Origin: a virus
Taxonomy: Duplodnaviria; Caudoviricetes
Reading direction: 5' to 3' (one strand)
DNA length: 64,000 bases
IMG/VR virus record: IMGVR_UViG_3300010162_000393
Span: 64,001 to 128,000 of that record
The position numbers and the translations under genes were made by a program. Of this stretch, positions 50,188 through 60,800 are shown piece after piece. The notes below the pieces were generated by a model. That model had not been told where the DNA came from and ran no database searches. It worked only from the letters and a program-made list of their open reading frames with translations. Numbering within the stretch: the first letter of the stretch is position 1; each line of letters begins with the position of its first letter.

Positions 50188-51048
50188 TTAATTAATTATT
50201 ATTGTGTGATTATAAACAGTCTCCATCCACTGTGTTTTGTATTCTACTTTATCCGGTTGAATTTCGTAGGATATTAGTTTAGGTTTTTCACTATTACATT
50301 TTATTTTTTGGATGTATCCTATGACACAACATATTGAATCGCTTGAATCATAGTTTATCTTTTTTATTTCACCTTTTTTATCATATAAAACATTTATATC
50401 CGGATATTTTTCTATTATCATATCGAATATAACATCTTTTTTGGCAACCCCAAAAGGAAATTCTCCGAATAGTGGTATTGTTCCATCCTTCAACGATTTT
50501 TTAATTTCCTTTATATTTCGTTTTTCACCCTTTTTGTTATATACATTCACAGCACACAGAGAAGGAAAGGCGTACATTCTTGCGTCATAGGAGGAAATTT
50601 CCTCACAAATAATATTCAATGTATTATAAATAACATGTGTAATTATACCACTAAATCTCATAAGGGTTCCAACAGTATTTATGTTGTTAGACCCAAAAAG
50701 TGGTTGTTCAATAACAACTTTAGTAATACTATTATCATATGTCATTTTAATAATAGTTTCGTATTGTTTTAGTTTTTCCTCAAAAATTTTACTTTTTGTT
50801 AAAAGAGATTCTAACCCCTTTAATTTTTTGGTTTCTTTGTTATTTAATTCAAGACTTTCGGATAATATAACATCCAAAATATCGTTTTCATGTTTGAATA
50901 ATGACATTCCAATTACAGAGGTAGAAATATCTAATCCTAATAGGTATTCGATTTTATTTTCCATTTTATTATGTTTGTTTATGGATAATATAATGGAATC
51001 TGGGATTAAATCAAGTCTTGCTTTTTTCTTCTTTGATAATTGTATCAA
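50188..51048 (-). CDS. RuvC-like Holliday junction resolvase
   Basis: LGLDISTSVIG, VVIEQP, K..I, DSSDS; true start probably Met at 50964. Confidence 0.75.
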   Translation of the reverse strand: MIQLSKKKKARLDLIPDSIILSINKHNKMENKIEYLLGLDISTSVIGMSLFKHENDILDVILSESLELNNKETKKLKGLESLLTKSKIFEEKLKQYETIIKMTYDNSITKVVIEQPLFGSNNINTVGTLMRFSGIITHVIYNTLNIICEEISSYDARMYAFPSLCAVNVYNKKGEKRNIKEIKKSLKDGTIPLFGEFPFGVAKKDVIFDMIIEKYPDINVLYDKKGEIKKINYDSSDSICCVIGYIQKIKCNSEKPKLISYEIQPDKVEYKTQWMETVYNHTIIIN

Positions 51049-52837
51049 TCACAAGTGTTTTCTTTATAACTTTGTTGTAAACGTATTCGGTATATGTGTT
51101 GTTGAATATTTGTATGTAAGTGTATACGTGTTTATCTTGTGAAATTCTGAAATTTCTATCCATAAACTGTATTAAGTTTCCGGGTACAAAATCAAATGAA
51201 TTTAAAATTAAAACATTGGATGCTACAAGAGTAATTCCTACTCCCGCCGCTAACACATTGCCGGCGAACACTTTACAATCCGGTTTGTTTGTAAAATCTT
51301 CTTGTGCTTTATCTTTTTGTTTTGCTGTCATTCCACCATGATATGTAACACATTTATCACCGAAATACTCTTTTAGTTCCGACAATTCATCATTATAGCA
51401 ACACCCTATTATTACCTTACTACCACTTTCTAACCAACTTTCACATAATTCTATGGTATGAGAAATCATCTGTTTTGCTAAATACTGACGATATAGTGTT
51501 CCGCTAACCAGATCTTTGTATAATTCATCAACATTTATTCCTTCATCTTCTTTTGCTTTAACATATTCTGACCAGAGTTTATCATACTCTTTTCTTTGTG
51601 TTGGTGTTAAATCGTAGAAACGTTCCATTATGGTACGTTCTGGTAATCCGGGTATTTCTCTCTTCAACCTTCGTAAATAAAGGTGTTTACATTTTTCATA
51701 TAATTCTTCTCCGTTTGTGTCGGCGTTTGGTTTTAATATTTCTCTACCAGTTTTTAATCGCATTTTTTTTGCGCCACAATATCTTGTATAATAATAATTA
51801 TAATCTTTTGATAATTCTGATCCTATTAATCCTAATATGTTAAAGAAATTGATATGACTATTTGAAATAGGTGTACCACTAAGAGCATATATATTTTCAA
51901 CTCCACTTCTACTCAAATAATCACGAATTGCTTTATATCTGGCGGCACTTGTATTTGAGAATTTATGACATTCATCTATGATAACTAAATCAAAATTTGA
52001 TTGAATAAGAGGATTTTGTTCGTTTAATTCTTCTATTTTTTGTTTGTTTCTTGATTTAACCTTTTTTGGTTTACCTGTATATTCATCTATAATGGTATCA
52101 TAGGCAACGGAATGAAGAACATTATTTAAAATGTCCGGATTCGCTATTACATATTTTTTAGTTAAATCCCATTTTTCTCTATCTTTGCCTTGTACAATTT
52201 CAACATCGGTTATTCCGAAAAACCCCAATTCTTTTTTCCAAGTTGATTTTACAGATGCGGGACATATTATTAAAATTTTATTAAAACTACCATTTATTGA
52301 TGCTGCTATACTACTGATTGTTTTACCCAAACCCATTTCGTCTGCCAAAATACATTTCTTATTTGCATTGAGAAATTTGATGGCATCTATTTGGTGTTCC
52401 AATATTTTTCTACCACTTTCTTCCAACATTTTATTGAGATTTTCTACATCAACAAAATGATTTTTCCAATCAATTTCAACCATAACATCCAAAATATTCT
52501 TCTTTGGAATGAACAATGAAACCCATTTTTCTTGGTTCTGTGACCATTTACACCAACAATGATATATGTAGTCAGTTTCACCGGAAAGTGTCTTAATCTT
52601 CAATTTAGAAGGTATGAATGATATTTTATACTTGTATTGTAATTCTTTTCCATAATGTTCTGCAATTTTTATTACTCTATCAATTATGATGGGTTCTGTT
52701 CTCATGTAATTCATAAGAACATATTGTAATTCAAAATCACTTAAATTATTTTTTGTTTTGAGATAATTTATGTGAGAATTACGTCCTTCGTAATCTTTTA
52801 AAATAATAATTGCTTCGTTTCTTTTCTTAGTAGTCAT
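51011..52837 (-). CDS. SNF2/HARP-like SF2 helicase
   Basis: HQ, LADEMGLGKT, IICPAS, IDECH, LSGTP, LRRLK, AGVGITL, Q..DR..RI.Q. Confidence 0.9.
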   Translation of the reverse strand: MTTKKRNEAIIILKDYEGRNSHINYLKTKNNLSDFELQYVLMNYMRTEPIIIDRVIKIAEHYGKELQYKYKISFIPSKLKIKTLSGETDYIYHCWCKWSQNQEKWVSLFIPKKNILDVMVEIDWKNHFVDVENLNKMLEESGRKILEHQIDAIKFLNANKKCILADEMGLGKTISSIAASINGSFNKILIICPASVKSTWKKELGFFGITDVEIVQGKDREKWDLTKKYVIANPDILNNVLHSVAYDTIIDEYTGKPKKVKSRNKQKIEELNEQNPLIQSNFDLVIIDECHKFSNTSAARYKAIRDYLSRSGVENIYALSGTPISNSHINFFNILGLIGSELSKDYNYYYTRYCGAKKMRLKTGREILKPNADTNGEELYEKCKHLYLRRLKREIPGLPERTIMERFYDLTPTQRKEYDKLWSEYVKAKEDEGINVDELYKDLVSGTLYRQYLAKQMISHTIELCESWLESGSKVIIGCCYNDELSELKEYFGDKCVTYHGGMTAKQKDKAQEDFTNKPDCKVFAGNVLAAGVGITLVASNVLILNSFDFVPGNLIQFMDRNFRISQDKHVYTYIQIFNNTYTEYVYNKVIKKTLVIDTIIKEEKSKT

Positions 52838-53054
52838 CCCTTCTTCCTAACGGTTTTTTGAATCGCATCCAGAACTCGTCACCGCATTTCTGACACTGCA
52901 TGTTACGACAATTATTATTACAAGCAATGTGGTGTATTACACCACCACATTTTTTACATATTCCTTTGTTGTACATTATTGTTTCAGAAGCGTATATTAA
53001 ACCTAATATTCCTAATGCTATTACAATAACAAATATGATAAAATATCCAAACAT
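52827..53054 (-). CDS. Small membrane-anchored Zn-ribbon protein
   Basis: N-terminal TM helix; CKKCG...CQKCG. Confidence 0.65.
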   Translation of the reverse strand: MFGYFIIFVIVIALGILGLIYASETIMYNKGICKKCGGVIHHIACNNNCRNMQCQKCGDEFWMRFKKPLGRRDDY

Positions 53055-53137
53055 AACTTAACATTTTGTAGTTAAAAATACAATAAGGTTTTCTAAATTC
53101 AAAACAATTCTATTTATATGAAAAGTGTAAAAAACAC

Positions 53138-56100
53138 ATGCCTATAATAGATAATAAAGATACTATAAAATCTTATTTTATTGCCGGGGCAATCCCGTCA
53201 GAAAGTAATTATGTTAATTTAATAGATTCTACTCATATAGTACATGATACAGATGTTGATGGTAATAGTACTGGTATTGTAATTGAACCAAGAAATAGTG
53301 GTATTAACAGGGTTATAAAACTTGAAACCAAAGTTATAAATGATTTAATAAAAGCGCAATTAGGTAGTACTAGTGTTGCACATAATAGAACAATTACTAT
53401 AAACCAATCGTTTAAAGAAACCGATGAGTTTGGAGACCCTATACCTTCTATTCAAACATTTACTCTTAATCAAAATGAAGATAAAACAATTAATATAGTT
53501 ATTCCAAATGGAACAATAAAGGTTGTTGAAAATAACAGTGGCGAAGTACAGCAACAAATTAAAAAAACTGATAATCTTGAAGATGAAATCATATTATCTA
53601 AAATAGCATTTTCAGGTGATTGGAATGATGTTCAAAATAAACCTACCATTCCTGATGCAGATTCTTTTTCACAAGTAAACGCTGATTGGGCGGAAGATGA
53701 ACCGACTAGTGTTTCATTCATTAGAAATAAACCGAATTTTGCTGATGGGGAACTATTTGTAATGCAAAACGGTAGTAATGTAAAATCATATTTTATAGAC
53801 AGTGGTGGTGTTAAACATGATTATGTTTTTAGACCTGACACCACATTTAAAACGTATTATGAAATTGAGGCAGTTGATTGGGAGGTAGCAGAAAATGCTC
53901 CTGGAGGAATAAAGAATAAACCGCTTCTCGCTAAAGTGTCTTATACAGGAAATTACAATGATTTATTTTATAAACCTGGTGCAGCAAATAATCCCCCTAT
54001 AATAATATATAAAAATAAAACAAAGGGGTTTGATTCAATTTTAAAAGAAGGTGATGAGGGTAGCGGCGCAACTGCAACTGCAACAACAAAAATTAGTGTT
54101 ACTCAAGTTCAAATTATGGATGGTGGTTCTGGTTATGTATCTAGTTCCCCACCAAACGTTGTTTTTTCATCTCCAATAGCGGAAGGTGGTATATTAGCAA
54201 CCGGCACTGCAAATGTTTCTCATACAGGAAGTGTAACAAGTATTATAAATATAAATTCAAATGTAAATTGTGGTTATTCATTTGCAACACCACCTACTAT
54301 TACAATTGATCCGCCAGCAGAAGGTGGAAGCAGAGCAACAGGTTTTGCAATCCTTGAAGCATGTTTGGATACAATAACCGTTGTTAACGGAGGAAGTGGT
54401 TATAACCCATTAAAACCACCTAAAATTACTGTTGTTGGAGGAAATAATGCAGTTGTAACCCCGATTATAAGCGATGGTGGACAAATATCCGGTTTTACTA
54501 TAACAGAAAGAGGGGAAAATTTTACTGGGGATGTTAGTATAATTATAGGACCTGCACCAATAATATTCACATTAAATCAACCTAATAAAGAAGAATATGA
54601 TTTGGAGATGGCATTGGTCGGATTAACAGGTGATTTTGATGATTTAGATAATAAACCAACTATTGGTGATGGTGCATTTGTTATTACTTTAAATAATAAT
54701 GAATTAATCGAAGAAGAAAATCGTTTTAATGCAAATTCAGTGCAACCTGTTTTTCTTAATATTAACGCTGCAACTAATATTACAATAGATGGTGATGTTT
54801 ATAGTGATTACAATATTCCGGTTGATGAACAGGGTTATTTCCATATTAATACTTATTTAATGGATGTGGATATAACAAGGGGTCCAGATGATTTGGTAGA
54901 ATATGTATATAATGGAAGTGATTTAATATTTGATGTTCTACATGGATATGATGAAACTCTTGATGAGAACGTGCAATCGTTTAAGGTTGATAATAAAGGT
55001 AGAGTTATTTCGTACAAAAGTAGGAAGTATAAAGTGAAACTCCCAAATGTTATTGTTTCAAATACGGGAGATATTATTGGTGAGAGTGGTGTTGAAAATG
55101 GTGGTAATATACAATTGGATTTGATATTAAAGGATACTAATCCTGAAATAAATGTGTTGCCAGTTGAATTACCTTGTCCTTTAGATAGGGTTATTGGTAT
55201 AAAATCTATTAGTAATTTATCATTGGATGATAAGGGTAGGGTAAATTCAGCAGATTTAACAAACTATAAAATAATTTTACCCAATGTTATTTTAGAAAAC
55301 GATGTGGTTGGTATAGGTGTAGTTGATGAGGGAGATATTAAAATTGATACAAGTTTAAAAGATATAAATCCAGGTGTTACAAATGTGGAAGAAACTACAA
55401 CATGTCCGGTAGATAGAACGTTTAGTGTTTCGTTTGTATCCGACATATCTTTAGACGAAAAGGGTAGGGTGACTGATGTGGTTAAAAAAACTGATAATTT
55501 GGTTATCCCTAACATCACTTTAAGTGGTGGTGTTACTGGTAGTGGGGTGGTTAATAATGGAAATATTGAAATTACTACTACTTTAGAATCGCATACGCAT
55601 GATCCATCGCATATTAATACAAATAACAATAATTTATTTGTAACAGCGGCAGAAAAGGCGGCATGGAATGCAAAACCAGATTCTATTACTAATGTAATAC
55701 CATTCAAAATGTATCATACTAACAATCAAACCACTTTTGGTTCAGGTACAGGGTGGTTTAGAATAGCAGCTCTAACCGCTCGTTCTGGTGGTATTGTAGA
55801 TTTGAGTGTTGGTATTCAGGATGATTCTTTTGTTATGTCGTTTGCTTTTTCTTCCATGTATTCTGATAAATCATGGAATACTAACCTTCAGAGTATATCT
55901 TTGATTGATTCGGGTTTTATGAGTGTTGCTTCCAATACTCCTGTATTTGAAAAAATAAGGTTGGTTTATAGAAGTGGACCAACAACAACGGTTGAAAACA
56001 GTGCTTTTATAGAGATTTATAAAAGATCATCACATTCAAGACTGATTAATTATCATGCATTTTGTTTTGGTGTAGCAGCTGCTTATGATTTTGTTGATTT

Positions 56101-56872
56101 AATACACCCTGTAGCTGGATCTATACCTTCTGGTTACACATCAAAAGAAATAAATACAACTGGGGGTTCTACTACTTCAACGTTTTCTGATCCTTTGATG
56201 ACTCCCTTTAATTCAGACATTGATGATTCAGGTATTAATAAAGTAAATATTGGATTGAATAATGAAAATAATATTAAAAGTTATATTAATATTATAGAAG
56301 AGTGTGAAAATAGAATTACAACACTAGAATCTATAGGTGGAAAGTGGGTTGGATTTAATTTTAATACTTTTTATGATCTTGAAAGCACAGAATTATCAAG
56401 AAAAATAAATAATGGGGATTATATTTATGTTATTCACGATGAGTTTCATCCGTGTGAAATTAGTGGTGAACCACAATTAACACTATATAGATGGGTTGAT
56501 GAACAAAATAAGTTTGTTTTTTCACATGTTGTTCATGAAGATCCTATAGGTAAATTTACTAACAATGAATTTGGGTTATTAAAAGGTGAAAATAAAAAAC
56601 CTGCTTATATTAATGCTCAAAACGATGGTACAGGAAAGGTGAATTTATATCCGAGAATACTTGATTATGATAACGAAACAAAAAATATATGGTTAGATTG
56701 TGAAATACCTGATGGTTATTGTTTGTTTGGTTTTAATAAAGGTGTTGTGAGTGAGTCTATGGATTTAAGATTAATTTCTTCTGATTTGTTTTCGTATAAA
56801 TATGAAGAGATAAATACATCTGTATTAGAAGATATATCATGGAAAAAATTCTATGCACGTTATATTCAATAA
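53138..56872 (+). CDS. Tail fibre / baseplate-associated structural protein
   Basis: CTATTTAT at 53110-53117; (F/Y)(S/T)GD.NDL.NKP repeats, GGSGY repeats, LD.KGRV repeats, HTHD, WNAK fibre motifs. Confidence 0.75.
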   Translation: MPIIDNKDTIKSYFIAGAIPSESNYVNLIDSTHIVHDTDVDGNSTGIVIEPRNSGINRVIKLETKVINDLIKAQLGSTSVAHNRTITINQSFKETDEFGDPIPSIQTFTLNQNEDKTINIVIPNGTIKVVENNSGEVQQQIKKTDNLEDEIILSKIAFSGDWNDVQNKPTIPDADSFSQVNADWAEDEPTSVSFIRNKPNFADGELFVMQNGSNVKSYFIDSGGVKHDYVFRPDTTFKTYYEIEAVDWEVAENAPGGIKNKPLLAKVSYTGNYNDLFYKPGAANNPPIIIYKNKTKGFDSILKEGDEGSGATATATTKISVTQVQIMDGGSGYVSSSPPNVVFSSPIAEGGILATGTANVSHTGSVTSIININSNVNCGYSFATPPTITIDPPAEGGSRATGFAILEACLDTITVVNGGSGYNPLKPPKITVVGGNNAVVTPIISDGGQISGFTITERGENFTGDVSIIIGPAPIIFTLNQPNKEEYDLEMALVGLTGDFDDLDNKPTIGDGAFVITLNNNELIEEENRFNANSVQPVFLNINAATNITIDGDVYSDYNIPVDEQGYFHINTYLMDVDITRGPDDLVEYVYNGSDLIFDVLHGYDETLDENVQSFKVDNKGRVISYKSRKYKVKLPNVIVSNTGDIIGESGVENGGNIQLDLILKDTNPEINVLPVELPCPLDRVIGIKSISNLSLDDKGRVNSADLTNYKIILPNVILENDVVGIGVVDEGDIKIDTSLKDINPGVTNVEETTTCPVDRTFSVSFVSDISLDEKGRVTDVVKKTDNLVIPNITLSGGVTGSGVVNNGNIEITTTLESHTHDPSHINTNNNNLFVTAAEKAAWNAKPDSITNVIPFKMYHTNNQTTFGSGTGWFRIAALTARSGGIVDLSVGIQDDSFVMSFAFSSMYSDKSWNTNLQSISLIDSGFMSVASNTPVFEKIRLVYRSGPTTTVENSAFIEIYKRSSHSRLINYHAFCFGVAAAYDFVDLIHPVAGSIPSGYTSKEINTTGGSTTSTFSDPLMTPFNSDIDDSGINKVNIGLNNENNIKSYINIIEECENRITTLESIGGKWVGFNFNTFYDLESTELSRKINNGDYIYVIHDEFHPCEISGEPQLTLYRWVDEQNKFVFSHVVHEDPIGKFTNNEFGLLKGENKKPAYINAQNDGTGKVNLYPRILDYDNETKNIWLDCEIPDGYCLFGFNKGVVSESMDLRLISSDLFSYKYEEINTSVLEDISWKKFYARYIQ

Positions 56873-56890
56873 ATTAATTAATTAAAACTA

Positions 56891-57286
56891 ATGCAAAATT
56901 TCTTCATAAATAAAGATAGTATTCTACCAACTCTTGAAATGAAATTAATAGAACAAGGTCGTGTTGGTTCCGATGCACATGTATCATTTTATAATGCACT
57001 TCAAAATGCTGATATATTTTTCACTATGATTGATGTTGATACAGGTGTTACAAAAGTAGCGCATCAACCTGCTATTCTAATAGAATCTGATGGTTGTACC
57101 GATCAATTTAACATAGCATACGAATGGAAAAAACGGGACGTATCACGTCCCGGAAAATACAGAGGTCAATTTGAAATTATATTCTCTGATGATAATATAC
57201 CAGAGTTCGCAAGTAAGAACTTAGTGGTTCCTATACATAACGAACTTATGATAAATGTTACCGAAGGATCAATCAAAAAACACTAA
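56891..57286 (+). CDS. BppU-like baseplate-associated protein
   Basis: FFINKDS.LP.L...YEW...D...G.YRGQFEI.F. Confidence 0.6.
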   Translation: MQNFFINKDSILPTLEMKLIEQGRVGSDAHVSFYNALQNADIFFTMIDVDTGVTKVAHQPAILIESDGCTDQFNIAYEWKKRDVSRPGKYRGQFEIIFSDDNIPEFASKNLVVPIHNELMINVTEGSIKKH

Positions 57287-57507
57287 TCATCGATCCAATC
57301 GGCATCTGGCATCAAAATTACCTCGTTAATTTCATCCTGTTGAATACCATTATAGATATTCGTTTCATGATAGTGGTGATGAACTGAAAATTTATAATTT
57401 CCAAACTTTTCCTGTTGTCCGTTTACTTCAACGTAAACAGGTATTTTACCTCCACTTCTTTTACGAATATCTTCTAACTCTTCGATTAGTTTGTCAAGCG
57501 TAATCAT
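57283..57507 (-). CDS. Hypothetical protein
   Basis: 74-aa ORF with ATGA overlap. Confidence 0.55.
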   Translation of the reverse strand: MITLDKLIEELEDIRKRSGGKIPVYVEVNGQQEKFGNYKFSVHHHYHETNIYNGIQQDEINEVILMPDADWIDD

Positions 57508-57857
57508 TTCAATGGTCTTAATGCATGTAATAATTCAACGTCAAATGTTAAATCTGAATTAGGTGGTATGCTATCACCAGCACCTCGATTCCCATAACCC
57601 ATTTCAGATGGAATGTTTAATGTGCGTTTTCCACCGATTTTCATACCGATTATACCGCTATCCCAACCCTTAATTACTTGACCAACACCGATTTGACATT
57701 GAAATGGTTGATTTCTGGTATGAGAACTGTCAAATTCTTTTCCGTTTTCCAACAATTTTCCGGTGTAGTGCATAAATACAACATCACCAACTTCTATTGA
57801 TTGTTCAGTTGTTCCAACAACTGTGTCAATTACTTCTAAATCGTTTAACTTTTCCAT
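57504..57857 (-). CDS. FKBP-type peptidyl-prolyl isomerase
   Basis: [39 protein letters not shown]. Confidence 0.95.
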   Translation of the reverse strand: MEKLNDLEVIDTVVGTTEQSIEVGDVVFMHYTGKLLENGKEFDSSHTRNQPFQCQIGVGQVIKGWDSGIIGMKIGGKRTLNIPSEMGYGNRGAGDSIPPNSDLTFDVELLHALRPLK

Positions 57858-57858
57858 G

Positions 57859-58944
57859 TTATTTAAAAATTTTTAAAATGTTATTATTATTTTCTTTTAC
57901 TATATTAATAGGAAACATTTCTTGTTGTCTCCATCTCAATGCTATTTCAGGTATATCCTTTTTAATATTCTTTTTAATATTAAGTTTAGGATAGTTAATT
58001 GTATTTAATACTTGAACAAACTTGTTGTCTATAATTGTATTCTCCGCCATATCAACTTCAACATCATATAATAGTTTGTTGTATTTATTATTAACCAATG
58101 GTTTTAATAGAATGTTATAATATATTCTATTGGATATGATTTCCTCCTTCCATATACGCTTATATGATTCTAAATTAATATTTCCATTATATTTATCATT
58201 AGGAAGAAATTTAAGAAGAAATTCTTTATATTCTTCAGAACATATTTTGTAATTGTCTGTGATAATTTTTTCATATTCTATCCAAACATTATCAGTAACA
58301 GGTTTATTTACAAAACAACGTTCAACTTTATCATATGTTGAACCTATATTTGTAAATCCGACTAACACAATTTTATTGTTTTCCCAGAACGTGTTTTTAA
58401 AATCTAAATTAGATAATAGTTTAATATTTTCTAAATCATATTCTGTTGGAACAACCCCAAATACAGGTTGTTTTGTATCTATTTTAATTTTTTGAAATCC
58501 TTCTGTTCGTTTAAGTTGTACGACATTATAATTGAATTTTTTAATTTCTTCAACTAACAAATCGTTTCCATAAGTAACAATTAAGTCACAACTTTGAATA
58601 ACTTTTGTTATTTTTGTACCGAGTTCTCTTTCATTGAACTTTTTATATAAATCATGTGTTTTTGGTAATTGCCACCACTCTTCTATATAATAAATGAATT
58701 TTGGTTTTAGATATTCACTTTTATAATATAAAATTCTTTGACGAATTTCTTCAAATGAAACATGTTTATTAAAAATAACGCTATCATATTCATTAAAATT
58801 TATAGATGTTATATCACATCCCACTTTTATTGTAATATGAATATCATTACTTTTTTCCTGTAATTCAATTAAGGGTTTAACTATATTGTTTAAATACCCC
58901 TTATCAAGTTTATTATTGATAACTAATATCCTTTTCTTTTCCAT
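57859..58944 (-). CDS. Hypothetical protein, possibly a diverged glycosyltransferase
   Basis: GT-B-like segments ([23 protein letters not shown]) without a clear catalytic motif. Confidence 0.45.
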   Translation of the reverse strand: MEKKRILVINNKLDKGYLNNIVKPLIELQEKSNDIHITIKVGCDITSINFNEYDSVIFNKHVSFEEIRQRILYYKSEYLKPKFIYYIEEWWQLPKTHDLYKKFNERELGTKITKVIQSCDLIVTYGNDLLVEEIKKFNYNVVQLKRTEGFQKIKIDTKQPVFGVVPTEYDLENIKLLSNLDFKNTFWENNKIVLVGFTNIGSTYDKVERCFVNKPVTDNVWIEYEKIITDNYKICSEEYKEFLLKFLPNDKYNGNINLESYKRIWKEEIISNRIYYNILLKPLVNNKYNKLLYDVEVDMAENTIIDNKFVQVLNTINYPKLNIKKNIKKDIPEIALRWRQQEMFPINIVKENNNNILKIFK

Positions 58945-58945
58945 T

Positions 58946-59605
58946 TTATTTTGAAAATAATTTTTTAATCAAATTTTTTTGTTTTGAAAAAGCATCTTCG
59001 GTTGTTTTTTCAAAAACATATTCTCTCAACTCTTCGTTTTCACCAGCAAAATACCATATAACATATTCCCAATTATTTATCCTTGTTATACTTTCATTGG
59101 TAATTTCAGCAAAAACATTATGGGGTGCGAAAAATAATAATTTTTTATCACATTTTGATGTTACTAGATTTTCAAGATAATCATCAATAATATAATCCCC
59201 TACTATTAAACTTTTATTTTTTGCTGTAATAATATTATCTGTACTTATATGTGGAAAAAATCTTTCAATCCATTTAAATTTTTCAACAATGTTTTGAGGA
59301 TATACACATGCGGTTACAATATAAATATTATAAAATTTGGATAGTATGTCGGTTGCTTCAACACTATCTTCTTTTGGTTGTATCATTTCCGAAAAAAGTT
59401 CGGGTGTTTTCAACAATTCATACATATCATCAACCGCTTCCGGTTTAATAAAATCTGTTATTCCCCAAGATAATATGTTCTGGGGTTGAAGATTGTCATC
59501 GTATTTTTTATTATATAATTCCAACCAACACTCTAAAAGAGTACCAAGTGTATCATCTAAATCAATCAGTATTGTTTTCTTCATCTTCTTCGATTTTTGT
59601 ATCAA
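58946..59605 (-). CDS. 5'(3')-deoxyribonucleotidase (NT5C, HAD)
   Basis: ILIDLDDTL, YIVTA, K..WI, GDYIIDDY. Confidence 0.87.
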   Translation of the reverse strand: MIQKSKKMKKTILIDLDDTLGTLLECWLELYNKKYDDNLQPQNILSWGITDFIKPEAVDDMYELLKTPELFSEMIQPKEDSVEATDILSKFYNIYIVTACVYPQNIVEKFKWIERFFPHISTDNIITAKNKSLIVGDYIIDDYLENLVTSKCDKKLLFFAPHNVFAEITNESITRINNWEYVIWYFAGENEELREYVFEKTTEDAFSKQKNLIKKLFSK

Positions 59606-60083
59606 TAATATACGGATGGTATTTTGGTTTCAATATTTTATAATAGTAATTGATACTTATCCTTTCATCATTCTTGTGGGTTATCCACGTTTGAGAATGT
59701 TTTTCGGTTAATTCTTTTACTCTATCTATTATTGAACCGTTCTTATCCGTCTTATATTTATAATCTAACCACGCTTCCCAGTACATTGTACTGCTTGAAC
59801 AATCTGTTTTAGGTAAAACAAAAATAACGATTTGTTTTTTTAATATTACCAATGAAAAACGAGGATCCCACTCATGTCGAAAAGAATCATATTTTGTTTT
59901 CCACCCCAAACTAACATAGTTAAACTTAAACCAATTATTTTTTGGTAAAAAATATGGAACACCCATACTAACATTTCCAAAATACCATTTCAGTCTTAAA
60001 CCAACAAATGGTGATGAAACCAAAACCCCTATCCAGCTCCAATGATAAGAAAAATAACTTTTTATTCTTTTAACGATTTTCAT
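59562..60083 (-). CDS. Hypothetical Trp-rich protein
   Basis: 173-aa ORF; LGWKTKY..FRHEW, YWEAWL. Confidence 0.6.
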   Translation of the reverse strand: MKIVKRIKSYFSYHWSWIGVLVSSPFVGLRLKWYFGNVSMGVPYFLPKNNWFKFNYVSLGWKTKYDSFRHEWDPRFSLVILKKQIVIFVLPKTDCSSSTMYWEAWLDYKYKTDKNGSIIDRVKELTEKHSQTWITHKNDERISINYYYKILKPKYHPYIIDTKIEEDEENNTD

Positions 60084-60130
60084 TTTTACCTCCTATTTAT
60101 TTAAAATAAAACTAATAAAATATCTGAAAC

Positions 60131-60283
60131 ATGGGATGTAATTGTCGTGGAAATTCTGCTAAACCTGCCCCTCCTCAGCCGGTACTTAAACCTGTTAATA
60201 CCGGTAGCGGTTCGACCGGTACTCCTGTTGCTAATCCGAGAACAGTTCAAGCGACCAGAAGAACTATAATCAGAAGGGGTTAG
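60131..60283 (+). CDS. 50-aa late microprotein beginning MGCNC (not in ORF track)
   Basis: CTATTTAT at 60093-60100; MGCNCRGNSAKPAPPQP...RRTIIRRG; stop overlaps the convergent gene. Confidence 0.65.
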   Translation: MGCNCRGNSAKPAPPQPVLKPVNTGSGSTGTPVANPRTVQATRRTIIRRG

Positions 60284-60732
60284 ACTTTTTTGGATTTTTT
60301 ATTTTTCTTTTCCTCCTTTTTCTCTTCCTCTATCTGTCTGATAGCATGTTGTCCGGCAAATATTGATAACACCAATTTTTCCCGATACTTTAAGTATGTT
60401 CCTTCATGGATTTCACCCTTAACAATGGTAGTCTTACCATTTTCATCATTAAATTCAACAAAGTTCAACGCATTGGCAACAATCAGTTTTTGTTGTTCTA
60501 ATTCTAATCTATCAAACGCATCTTCGTATATAATTACGAATACCATTTCGTCCTTCTTACTAATATAATTTAATAAAGGACTTGATTTTGTTATTTGAAT
60601 AACACTACTTTGCTTATCAACACCGAGATAAATGAAATCAATACCGATGGTACTTAAATAGGGGTTACTGGAAATCATAACATCATCCACTAATTTTTGG
60701 AGGTCTTGGGACATTTCAAAATAACTACTCAT
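60280..60732 (-). CDS. Hypothetical protein (phage metallopeptidase-like, HExxH absent)
   Basis: VIIYEDAFDRL...Q..LIV.AL pattern; TGTACATTTA upstream. Confidence 0.5.
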   Translation of the reverse strand: MSSYFEMSQDLQKLVDDVMISSNPYLSTIGIDFIYLGVDKQSSVIQITKSSPLLNYISKKDEMVFVIIYEDAFDRLELEQQKLIVANALNFVEFNDENGKTTIVKGEIHEGTYLKYREKLVLSIFAGQHAIRQIEEEKKEEKKNKKSKKV

Positions 60733-60800
60733 TTTATTACATTTTTTTAATTAATATTGTGTTAAATGTACATTTTTTTATATTTATATTAAAAGATTTG

